From Desulfobacula sp. (GTDB lineage: Bacteria; Desulfobacterota; Desulfobacteria; Desulfobacterales; Desulfobacteraceae): 64,000 nucleotides of DNA. The stretch spans positions 4,403 to 68,402 of the forward strand of contig NZ_JABZFL010000015.1 in assembly GCF_014237455.1 (NCBI RefSeq), read 5' to 3'. A model generated the notes under the pieces. It searched no databases and was not told the origin of the DNA. It saw only the letters and a list, made by a program, of their open reading frames with translations. A program made the translations under genes and the position numbers. Shown in pieces: positions 1-9,064 of this stretch (position 1 is the stretch's first letter; every line of letters begins with the position of its first letter).

Positions 1-2
1 TA

Positions 3-1214
3 GCAAAATTGCTGATATCTTTAAAAGAGGAACCTGAAAAAACAGAAATTATCAAAACGCCCCCCAGCGTCAAGATAATGGTCGTAACGCCTGTTTCAAA
101 AATCATGACCGTGGATGCATATGGCACGGTAAAACCAAGGAAATTGGTAAAGATTGCCATGGAAGTGCCGGGGAGAATCGATTATATCCACCCCTCTTTT
201 ATTGAGGGCGGGGTGATTCATAAGGGGGAGGTTCTGATCAGGATTGATCAAAGATCTTATAAACTGGACCAGCAGGCAGGACAGGTGCGGATCAGGCAGG
301 CAAAAACTGATATTGAAAGCTTAAAGCAGGATATTGAAAACTTGAAAAATGACATCCTGCTTTCCAAAGACAATGTAGAGATTGCCAAAAAAGAACTGAA
401 GAGAATCAAAGCGTTGAGTAAAAATCAATTTGCTTCAAAAAACAGTCTTGATAAGGCCGAACAGCAATATTTACAGGCAAAGATTGCCCTGCAGAGTATC
501 AGCAACAGACTGTCTTTGACGGATACGTTAATGGAACAGAAGAATACGGCTCTTGCCATGGCCCGTGTTGATTTCCAAAAAGCAGACCTCGCGCTTCAGA
601 AGACCCGGATAAAATATGAGTTTGATGGTTTAATTCTGGATAAATTTGCTGAAAAAGGGGAATATGTCAATCCCGGTCAGATCTTAGGGTCAATATATCA
701 AAAAGGCAGCCTGGATGTGGATGTGAGAATCCCTTTGGAAAAAATGAAATGGATTGAATCTTTTTTTAAAAACGGGAAAACACCGGATGCAAGAGTAATG
801 ATGGCCAACTTTGACTCGATGAAACCCTATGCTTGGGATGCCAAAGTCGTCCGGTTAAAAGCAAAGATTGATGAAAAGACGAGAACCTTGCCCATGACGC
901 TTGAAATACTGAAGACGGATGTAAAAATAAAAGATATTTTCAATTTAAAACCGGGTACATTTGTTAAGTGCAGTATTATTGGAGAAGCTTACAAGAATAT
1001 TTATGTGCTGCCAAGGTATCTGTTAAAGAGTGATAATATTCTTTTTACAGTGAATGACAATCATTTAAAAATGAAAAAGGTGAATATTTTAAGAAAGTTT
1101 GAAGAAGAAATGTATATTGACAGCGGGCTGAACCCGGGTGATAAAATTATTTCTTCCCCCCTTCCAGGCGCCATTGAGGGAATGAAGCTTAATATCAAAC
1201 AAAATGGAAAATAA
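3..1214 (+). CDS. RND efflux transporter periplasmic adaptor (MFP) subunit, 5' end outside the window
   Basis: Frame is open to the window edge. Lipoyl-like halves (EVPGRIDYIH...GEVLIRID; DGLILDKFAEKGEYVNPGQ) flank a long coiled coil; C-terminal 'GLNPGDKII'; directly upstream of an RND permease. Confidence 0.9.
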   Translation, partial: AKLLISLKEEPEKTEIIKTPPSVKIMVVTPVSKIMTVDAYGTVKPRKLVKIAMEVPGRIDYIHPSFIEGGVIHKGEVLIRIDQRSYKLDQQAGQVRIRQAKTDIESLKQDIENLKNDILLSKDNVEIAKKELKRIKALSKNQFASKNSLDKAEQQYLQAKIALQSISNRLSLTDTLMEQKNTALAMARVDFQKADLALQKTRIKYEFDGLILDKFAEKGEYVNPGQILGSIYQKGSLDVDVRIPLEKMKWIESFFKNGKTPDARVMMANFDSMKPYAWDAKVVRLKAKIDEKTRTLPMTLEILKTDVKIKDIFNLKPGTFVKCSIIGEAYKNIYVLPRYLLKSDNILFTVNDNHLKMKKVNILRKFEEEMYIDSGLNPGDKIISSPLPGAIEGMKLNIKQNGK

Positions 1215-1217
1215 AAC

Positions 1218-4200
1218 ATGAAAGCGTTGGGCAAATGGTCTGTTGAACACAGGGTTTCTGTGAATCTCATAATGGTCTTTCTGATTGTGGCAGGGCTGTA
1301 CACGGTTTTAACCATGAAACGGGAAATGTTTCCTCAATTTTCCCTTGATATGATCAATATTTCCGTAACATACCCTGGCGCATCCCCAGAGGAAGTTGAA
1401 GAAGGGATTTGTATCAAGATCGAAGAGCAGCTCAAAAGCCTTGAAGATGTCAAAACAATGTACTCAACCGCCCTTGAAGGACACGGGTCGCTAACATTGG
1501 AACTTGCGGCCGGGACAGATATTAATGAAAAACTCGATGAAATAAGAACTGAGATAGACCTGATTGATACATTTCCCGACCAGGCAGAAGAGCCGGTTAT
1601 CATTGAGATCAAAAACAATGATCCGGCCATCTATCTGGCTATCTATGGTGATGTTGATGAAAAGGTGTTGCGGGATACTGCCGAGAGAATAAGGGATGAT
1701 CTTGTGGATACGGATGATATCTCCCTTGCAAGCCTCATTGGTGTCAGAGACTATGAAATTTCCATTGAAGTGTCTGAAGAAAATTTGAGACGATTTAATC
1801 TGTCTTTTGAACAGGTTGCAATAGCTGTAAAGACAGGAAGTCTTGATTTGCCGGGTGGTAAAATTAAGACAAAAGGCGGTGAATTTCTGGTCCGGACCAA
1901 GGGGAAGCTTTATACGGGCGAAGAGTTTGAACAGATTCCCGTGGTGACAAGGGAAGATGGAACCACCATTAAACTTGGGGATGTGGCAACGGTTATCGAC
2001 GGATTTGAAGATACGGATATCAAGGCAAGGTTTAATGGAAAACCGGCAGCGCTTGTTGTTGTCCGGCGTACGGACAGCCAGGATACCATTGCCATCTCAA
2101 AAACAGTCAAAGAGTATATTAAAACGCATAAGGATTCTCTTCCCAAAGGCATCACCCTGGGCTATTGGTTTGATATGGCGGAAATGGTCCAGGACAGGAT
2201 TGATCTTTTGCTGAAAAACGGTGTCCAGGGAATATTGCTGGTATTTATCGTATTGGCCCTGTTCCTTGATCTTGGACTTGCTTTCTGGGTGGCATCCGGG
2301 ATTCCCATTTCATTTATGGGCGCCTTTCTTGTCCTGAACTATTTCGGCGCATCCATTAACATGCTATCCCTGTTCGGGTTTATCATGACATTGGGTATTC
2401 TGGTGGATGATGCGATTATTGTCGGGGAAAATGTTTATACCCATTATAAAACAGGCAAATCCGCCAAAGAGGCGGTGATTGACAGTGTTGCCCAGATCGG
2501 GGCGCCGGTTGTGATGGCGGTTACCACGACCATTGTCGCATTCACACCTTTGATGCATATTGAAGGAATTATGGGAAAGTTCATCTTCATCATGCCCCAG
2601 ACAGTGATTTGTATTCTTGCCTTTTCTCTTATAGAGGCCTTTGTTATTCTACCGGCTCACCTTGATCATGCACTTACCCCGCCAAAAAAAAATAAAAGTC
2701 TGATTTACCGGATTTGTTTTTTCTGGCTGGAATGGTTGAAAAAAGATATTTTGGATGGCCATGGATGGGTTCGGGACAGAATTGAAAGCGTCTTAACGGT
2801 TGTTATCCGCTCGATTTATACCCCTGTTTTGAAATATTGTGTTAAGAATCGGTATTTTACGCTTGCCATGGGGTTTGGGATATTGATTGTCAGCATCGGG
2901 GTTTTGGCAGGCGGACATGTGCCGTTTGTGTTTTTTCCGAAAACCGACAGCAACTGGATTGTTTCAGAGATCATATATCCTTTGGGAACTCCCTTTGAAG
3001 CCACAGAAAAGACCATAAAACAAATTGAAAAAGGGGCTTTTGAGCTCAATGCGTTTTTCAGGGACAGGGTGGCGGGGGGTGATGATTTGATTGTTAATAA
3101 TTTTTCACAGGTGGGTGTTATTCCCAGAAGAGACTGGAAACCGGGTGTGTATGGCGGACATTGCGGGGAGGCTTGGATAGAGATCCAATCGGCGTCAAAA
3201 CGGCCCGATATTCCTGCGCCTGAAGTAACAGCAAAATGGCGGGAACTGACAGGGGATATTCTGGGTGCTGAACAGCTCACCTTTTCCATTATCGGCGGCG
3301 GGCCCGGTGGGAACCCCATAGAAATTCAACTGAAGGGCAAGGATCTTGATCAGCTTGAACTTGCCGCAGATGAGTTGAAACAGGAAATTGAAAAATACCC
3401 GGGAACCTTTGATATCACGGACACTTTTAGGCCGGGTAAAATGGAAAAACGGATTCACATCAAAAAAGGGGCTAAATCTTTAGGCATTACAATGGCAGAT
3501 ATTGCCACACAGATCCGGCAGGCCTATTATGGAGATGAAGCTTTGAAGATCCAGAGAGGCAAAGATGATATCAAAGTAATGGTACGATATTCTCAAAAAG
3601 AGAGGGAATCCGAAGCCAGTATTGATGCGTTAAGGATCAGAACCCGAGACGGAAGGCAGGTGCCTTTGAACCAGGTGGCTGATATTGAAATGAAAAGAGG
3701 GTATTCAACCATTCAGCGGGTAGACCGGAAAAGGATCATTACCGTCATTTCCGATATTAATGAAGATATTGCCAATGCCCGGGAAATCGTTGAAGATTTA
3801 AAAAAGAATTACCTTGATACCCTTGTTAATCGATTCCCAGGGGTGACCTATGACCTGGAAGGCCAGGCCAAAAGAACTGAAGAATCCATTGATAGCCTTA
3901 AGTTAGGATTTTCTCTTGCAGGAATGATTATATTTTTGCTCCTGGCCAGCCAGTTTAGATCCTATATCCAGCCGGTCATCATCATGACCGCCATTCCCTT
4001 TGGACTCATCGGCGCGATTGCCGGGCACTATTTTATGAACCTTGATATCACTATGATCAGTATATTCGGAATTGTTGCCCTGTCCGGAATTGTAGTAAAT
4101 GACGCTTTGATTTTAATCGATTTTATCAATTCAAAGGTCAGGAAAGGCATTCCGGTTTTTGATGCTGTCATTGAAGCAGGGCAGAACAGGTTCAGGCCGG

Positions 4201-4457
4201 TTCTTCTGACCTCGGTGACAACGGTTGCAGGTCTTTTCCCGCTTCTTCTGGAAACCAGTTTTCAGGCACAGTTTTTAATTCCAATGGCAGTCAGTATCAG
4301 TTTCGGTCTGATGGCAGCCACTGTTTTAACCCTTGTTTTTGTCCCGTCTTTGTATGTGGTTATCAATGATACGGTAGGGATTTTTATTGCCGGAGATGAT
4401 GAAACTGCATTTAATGAAATCAAATCATCAATACCCCAGGGGAAAAATAGAGATTAA
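1218..4457 (+). CDS. RND efflux permease (AcrB/AcrD/AcrF family)
   Basis: 1079 aa, two large periplasmic loops, TM4 motif 'GILVDDAIIVGEN', 'GIVVNDALILID' and 'RFRPVLLTSVTT'. Confidence 0.95.
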   Translation: MKALGKWSVEHRVSVNLIMVFLIVAGLYTVLTMKREMFPQFSLDMINISVTYPGASPEEVEEGICIKIEEQLKSLEDVKTMYSTALEGHGSLTLELAAGTDINEKLDEIRTEIDLIDTFPDQAEEPVIIEIKNNDPAIYLAIYGDVDEKVLRDTAERIRDDLVDTDDISLASLIGVRDYEISIEVSEENLRRFNLSFEQVAIAVKTGSLDLPGGKIKTKGGEFLVRTKGKLYTGEEFEQIPVVTREDGTTIKLGDVATVIDGFEDTDIKARFNGKPAALVVVRRTDSQDTIAISKTVKEYIKTHKDSLPKGITLGYWFDMAEMVQDRIDLLLKNGVQGILLVFIVLALFLDLGLAFWVASGIPISFMGAFLVLNYFGASINMLSLFGFIMTLGILVDDAIIVGENVYTHYKTGKSAKEAVIDSVAQIGAPVVMAVTTTIVAFTPLMHIEGIMGKFIFIMPQTVICILAFSLIEAFVILPAHLDHALTPPKKNKSLIYRICFFWLEWLKKDILDGHGWVRDRIESVLTVVIRSIYTPVLKYCVKNRYFTLAMGFGILIVSIGVLAGGHVPFVFFPKTDSNWIVSEIIYPLGTPFEATEKTIKQIEKGAFELNAFFRDRVAGGDDLIVNNFSQVGVIPRRDWKPGVYGGHCGEAWIEIQSASKRPDIPAPEVTAKWRELTGDILGAEQLTFSIIGGGPGGNPIEIQLKGKDLDQLELAADELKQEIEKYPGTFDITDTFRPGKMEKRIHIKKGAKSLGITMADIATQIRQAYYGDEALKIQRGKDDIKVMVRYSQKERESEASIDALRIRTRDGRQVPLNQVADIEMKRGYSTIQRVDRKRIITVISDINEDIANAREIVEDLKKNYLDTLVNRFPGVTYDLEGQAKRTEESIDSLKLGFSLAGMIIFLLLASQFRSYIQPVIIMTAIPFGLIGAIAGHYFMNLDITMISIFGIVALSGIVVNDALILIDFINSKVRKGIPVFDAVIEAGQNRFRPVLLTSVTTVAGLFPLLLETSFQAQFLIPMAVSISFGLMAATVLTLVFVPSLYVVINDTVGIFIAGDDETAFNEIKSSIPQGKNRD

Positions 4458-4467
4458 GATCAGCAAA

Positions 4468-5337
4468 ATGGATAATATATTTAATAAAAATTTTTGGCTC
4501 AACGAGTGGGAAAAAGATAAAAAGAGTGATACTTACAGCGTTCATAAGGGGTTTTCCACCCGGGAATACTGGGACAGTGCGGCTGCTACATACAATCAGA
4601 ATAAAAAAGAAATTAAGGGCCGCCGGCTTAAAAAGACAATGTCGTTTTTTAAAAAAAGTGGTCTTCTGTTTGACGGAATGACTGTCCTTGAAATCGGATG
4701 CGGAACTGGAATGGTTGCAATAGAGTTGGCAAAACACGGCGCACAGGTGACAGCCCTTGATTTTTCAAAGGGGATGCTGGAACAATTTAAACAGGGTATC
4801 ACGCCTGATATAAAAAAAAACATCACTGTTCTTCATGAAGACTGGTATAAAATAGATAGTGAAAAAAAAGGATGGAAAAAGAAATTCGATCTTGTCATTG
4901 CCTTTATGTCTCCGGGAGTTGCAAGCCCGGAATCCTTTTTTAAAATGATGAGCTGTTCAAAAAAAGGATGTGCTATCCGGGGATGGGCCGCAAAAAGAAA
5001 TCACCCGATTCTGTCTGATTTATGGGAAAAAATTGTGGGAACAGTTCTTGAAGACAAGCCACAGAGTATTTTATATAAAATAAATCTCTTGTTTTCTTTG
5101 GGCTTTTTCCCGGAGATTACCTTTGATGCAATTGAATGGGACCAGACAGTTTCGATTAAAGAAGAATTTGACAGCCAAATGGCTTTTTTTAAAAAAGTGA
5201 GCAAACAAACTGATACTGAGCTTGAAAAAATTATTCGTCCTTATCTTGAGAGCATGTCGAAAGACAATTATATTGTCAGGAAGCATAAAGGCTTGACAGC
5301 CACGGCAGTCTGGGAGATGGATTCACGATACCCTTAA
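4468..5337 (+). CDS. Class I SAM-dependent methyltransferase
   Basis: Motif I 'VLEIGCGTG', motif II 'VTALDFSKGML', 'FDLVIA'. Start placed at ATG 4468 to avoid overlap with the permease. Confidence 0.85.
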   Translation: MDNIFNKNFWLNEWEKDKKSDTYSVHKGFSTREYWDSAAATYNQNKKEIKGRRLKKTMSFFKKSGLLFDGMTVLEIGCGTGMVAIELAKHGAQVTALDFSKGMLEQFKQGITPDIKKNITVLHEDWYKIDSEKKGWKKKFDLVIAFMSPGVASPESFFKMMSCSKKGCAIRGWAAKRNHPILSDLWEKIVGTVLEDKPQSILYKINLLFSLGFFPEITFDAIEWDQTVSIKEEFDSQMAFFKKVSKQTDTELEKIIRPYLESMSKDNYIVRKHKGLTATAVWEMDSRYP

Positions 5338-6168
5338 ATCAAATATCGGCAGCCTGTCTTCACCCAGTTTTTCTTTTTTGATTCCCAATGCAGCACCCAG
5401 GATTTGTGTAAAAAGGACCGGAGTGATATGGTGTTTTTGGCATTCATTTTGAAATGACAAATCAGTATATTGTATCTGGCAATGGGTACAGGCAGTACAA
5501 ATATGGTCTGCCCCCGATTCTAATGCGGCGTTTAATTTGGAATTCAGTATTTTTAAAGACAGGTTTTTATTGGTTTCATAAATGGGATTTCCGCAGCACT
5601 CAGTGCTTTTTGACCATTCAACGGTCTTAAATCCGGTGATATTTATCAGTTCTTCAAAAATTTGGGGTGCGTGCGGATTATCAAATCCGGTGATAGTAAA
5701 TGGCCTCAACGCGTGACAGCCGTATTGGGTGACAATTTTCTTTTCAGGCAGTTTATGATTAATTTTCTTTTTAATTTCAAGAACGCCAATGTCGTCATAA
5801 AGAAACGAAAGAAGGTGCTTGATTTTTGTTTTTCCGTCCCAGAAAAGATTTTCATCTGCAAGAAGGCAATCCATTTTTTGTTTTAATTCTTTATTTTCAT
5901 GCCATTGGTAAGAGGCGTATTTGAGTTGCCCGAAACAGCATTTACAGGGGGTGATGATATCCAGATCATATTTTCGGGCCAGGGCAAAATTTCTTATGGA
6001 AGAGAAAACAGAAACTTCAAAACTGGTGCTCCGGGCAGGATAACCGCAGCAATTGAATGGAAGTTGAACCAGGTCCACGCCCAGTTTTTCCATTAAAGAT
6101 TTAAAAGAGGTGTCATAGTCTTTTAAATAAAAATTTATTTTACATCCCGGGAAATATGCAAGTTTCAT
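5323..6168 (-). CDS. HdrB-like CCG-domain Fe-S protein (heterodisulfide reductase subunit B family)
   Basis: Two CCG domains: YFPGC...NCCGYP...PCKCC and QYGCH...ECCGNP...ACTHC. Confidence 0.9.
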   Translation of the reverse strand: MKLAYFPGCKINFYLKDYDTSFKSLMEKLGVDLVQLPFNCCGYPARSTSFEVSVFSSIRNFALARKYDLDIITPCKCCFGQLKYASYQWHENKELKQKMDCLLADENLFWDGKTKIKHLLSFLYDDIGVLEIKKKINHKLPEKKIVTQYGCHALRPFTITGFDNPHAPQIFEELINITGFKTVEWSKSTECCGNPIYETNKNLSLKILNSKLNAALESGADHICTACTHCQIQYTDLSFQNECQKHHITPVLFTQILGAALGIKKEKLGEDRLPIFDLRVS

Positions 6169-7781
6169 AATGTGTTCGCCTTATCCGCTGTGGTCATGAT
6201 TTTTAACCTTTCAGCTGTCTGGTTTGAGATGTTTCGGAGTTCTATAATGATATCTGCAACTTTTATCTCACTGGGACAATGCTCCTGGCATAAATAACAG
6301 GTCAGGCAGTTCCAGACCATCCGGGTTTCTGCAGCCGTCTGTTTTTTTCCCAGCCTTAACAGGTTCATGATTTGCTGGGGTGTCATGTCGTTATCGTTTC
6401 CACTATAAGCAACGACGGGGCAGACATTGGTGCAAATGGTACACTGAACACAATTTTCAAAAGAATAAACACGGCCGGTAAGATTTTGGGTCAAGCCATA
6501 TGTTCCGGCGGCCCGATCTTTTTCCAACTCTTTATTTCCCCAGTCCTGAAGTGCCTTGTCTTTTACAAAGGTATAATTATCCGGATACCCCATTTTATGC
6601 AGTGTTTTCGGAAGTGTTTTCCATAATCCCTGAAGGTCAATTCCCGACGGACAGATATTTGTACAATTATTGCACATTGTACACTCATCATTGCCAAGCT
6701 GAAGCTGATTCAGCGCTTCCGGGTTCAGATGTCCCGTAAATATCATTTTTCTGGCAGATTCGATTTTGGAATGGGGCAGGATCTGTTTATTCCCTGTGAT
6801 TAGAAAGTTTGGATAAACACTGCAGACCTCAGAACAGATACCGCAGTTTGTGCATGCAGCAAAGGTTGCCGGGTGAATGAATACCGCTTCTTTTTGAAAG
6901 TGTTTGTTCGTCACTTTATGCTGTGCACTTGCAAACGGAATCAATAACATATGGAAAAATCGTGAAAAAGGAAGACTGATCAGCATTAAAAATGAAAGCA
7001 GGTAGTGAATCGGATACAGCCAGTTGTCTGCACGGTAATGGTTTAAAAAATTTGCAGGTTTTCCAAGATGCGTGGCAAATGCCTTTGATACAAAGGCACT
7101 ATTTATTTTTGAGTGACAGTCAAGGCAGTAGTCATTGTTTAAACGTCTGCCTTGTTCAAGTGCATCTTCGGTAATGAGGAGCGTTTCTTTAAATACAACA
7201 TGATAATTTTTTTCCCAGTAAATTTTCAGGTGATCAAGGTCTGTGCCCTCATCCAGATCGGAATAGTCTTCAACCATTTCTAAAAACGCAGGTTCTGAGA
7301 TGATTTTTACCGTTTCAAGCATAAACCCTGAACCAATCACCAAAAGGATCAGGATAATGGAAAAAATTCCTTTATATTTTAATTTGTTATCCGGCTTGAT
7401 TCGAGTATTGAAACTTCTTCTAAACAAAAATCCAATACATCCGGCCAGTACCAGAAAACCGGCAAAATTTCTCAGGAATTGAAAGGGATCAAGAGTGGGT
7501 TGATAGTATTGAAACAGGTTAAATGCAGTCAATTCGTCCAAAGCATGGAAAAAAACCAGATAGCTAAAACCGGATAACACAAGAAAATGAACTGCCCACC
7601 TTGTTTTTGATGCGCGAAACAGTTTTGATTGAAAAATCGTGTTGAAAAGGACCAGCTTTAAATTTAAACTCAATTTTAATTTCGGGACCCCTGAGGCACC
7701 TTTTTTTTGAAACCGGTAAACCTGAAATAAAAGACCTGCTGTTGACAGGATTAATGATGTATATAAAGTAATTTGAAACAT
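6165..7781 (-). CDS. Membrane NarI/HmeC-like cytochrome fused to two HdrC-like 2x[4Fe-4S] domains, with one CxxCH motif
   Basis: Hydrophobic N-terminal half with His-containing helices (WAVHFLVL; IHYLL...RFFHMLL), CLDCH at 7113-7127, four ferredoxin motifs (CTNCGICSEVC, CTMCNNCTNICP, CVQCTICTNVCP, CLTCYLCQEHCP). Confidence 0.8.
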   Translation of the reverse strand: MFQITLYTSLILSTAGLLFQVYRFQKKGASGVPKLKLSLNLKLVLFNTIFQSKLFRASKTRWAVHFLVLSGFSYLVFFHALDELTAFNLFQYYQPTLDPFQFLRNFAGFLVLAGCIGFLFRRSFNTRIKPDNKLKYKGIFSIILILLVIGSGFMLETVKIISEPAFLEMVEDYSDLDEGTDLDHLKIYWEKNYHVVFKETLLITEDALEQGRRLNNDYCLDCHSKINSAFVSKAFATHLGKPANFLNHYRADNWLYPIHYLLSFLMLISLPFSRFFHMLLIPFASAQHKVTNKHFQKEAVFIHPATFAACTNCGICSEVCSVYPNFLITGNKQILPHSKIESARKMIFTGHLNPEALNQLQLGNDECTMCNNCTNICPSGIDLQGLWKTLPKTLHKMGYPDNYTFVKDKALQDWGNKELEKDRAAGTYGLTQNLTGRVYSFENCVQCTICTNVCPVVAYSGNDNDMTPQQIMNLLRLGKKQTAAETRMVWNCLTCYLCQEHCPSEIKVADIIIELRNISNQTAERLKIMTTADKANTL

Positions 7782-9064
7782 CAGTGTCCTGTTGTGCTTT
7801 TTTTATAAAAATCATTAACCGCTGTAAATGCGCTTAAGGCCGAGACTCCGGAACCTGATTTGAGTCTGACCCAGTCATTGTGGGCAAGAATTGTCCCAAT
7901 GGCATAAAGATTTTCATAAATAATAGCGCCATGTGTATCCACCGGCCTGAAAACACTGTCTGTTTCCACGCCTGCCGTGTTAATCAGGTGTCCCTGTTTT
8001 TCAAAAAAATCAAGGTGATGCCAAAGGCTTCTTTCGTCTGGCTGATAAACCGGCAGGTTGAATACGGTTTCCTGTATACGTCCTCTTTGGGCATGGAGTC
8101 CTCCTCCCGGGAATCTTCCCGTGGCAAGAATACCCCCCCTGGATCTTATTTGAGTTTCCATATTCTGATTCATTACATCTAAAACAAATTCAGATCCGTT
8201 AAATCGCGGTGGCTTGATTTTTGCCTGACTCAAAAAATGAACCTTATTTTTGGCCAGTTTTTTTTCAAATGCATTTTTCAGTCGTAACCCTGGAATGGAA
8301 GGCGGCATCATCGGAATTTCAAATATATCAAGACCGGTCATTTTTTCCAGACGGGTCAGTGCCTCAAGGCTTTTATTTACACCGCATACTGCAGGTATCC
8401 CCATCAGTTCAACTTTATCCAGGAAAGGAGAAATCTGTGTGGCAAGCTCTTTGAGAAAGGAAGAATCTTCAAACAGTGTTGCCAAATGTGTTGGATTTAA
8501 ATCGCCATTTTTTCCCGGAACCTCCACACTTAACGTAAGAATATTGGGATAGTTCTTTTTTAAAATATCCGCTATTTGTCTGGCACAAAACCCCTTTAGC
8601 CCTTTAAAGTCTACAAGCAATAAGTTTGTATCATTTTTAAGCAGACGGCTTTTTGAAATGGTTTCAGGAATCATACAGGTTGGTTTGAACGTACCGGCAG
8701 AGGTGAGAACAGATCTGTTCCCTTTCTCTGGTTTAATATAATTAAGTCCGGCTGATTGTAAAAACCGGGTTAAAAAATCAAAACTTTTCAATATGGCTTC
8801 CAGGCTGGTCTTTGAATACGGATGTCCGGGCATTTCTTTTTGCAATAAGCTCAGGCCTGTTAGAGGGTCCTGCAAGACTGTTCGTGAATGAAGCGGATAG
8901 ACACCCAGAAAATCAAACAAACCGCTTGCAAAATAAAGGTGTGATGAATTACCCGTCTGAACCGTTTTCAAGCCGAGAGCAGAAGCGCGAGCCGCAGCAA
9001 CCATGCCTGCAAAACCGGCCCCAATCACTGTTATGTCACATGTGATATATTTTTTATCTTTCAT
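7781..9064 (-). CDS. glpB: Anaerobic glycerol-3-phosphate dehydrogenase subunit B
   Basis: FAD motif 'VIGAGFAG', 'FEIPMMPPSIPGLRL', 'ILATGRFPGGGL', 'SGSGVS'; downstream of glpA. Confidence 0.9.
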   Translation of the reverse strand: MKDKKYITCDITVIGAGFAGMVAAARASALGLKTVQTGNSSHLYFASGLFDFLGVYPLHSRTVLQDPLTGLSLLQKEMPGHPYSKTSLEAILKSFDFLTRFLQSAGLNYIKPEKGNRSVLTSAGTFKPTCMIPETISKSRLLKNDTNLLLVDFKGLKGFCARQIADILKKNYPNILTLSVEVPGKNGDLNPTHLATLFEDSSFLKELATQISPFLDKVELMGIPAVCGVNKSLEALTRLEKMTGLDIFEIPMMPPSIPGLRLKNAFEKKLAKNKVHFLSQAKIKPPRFNGSEFVLDVMNQNMETQIRSRGGILATGRFPGGGLHAQRGRIQETVFNLPVYQPDERSLWHHLDFFEKQGHLINTAGVETDSVFRPVDTHGAIIYENLYAIGTILAHNDWVRLKSGSGVSALSAFTAVNDFYKKSTTGH

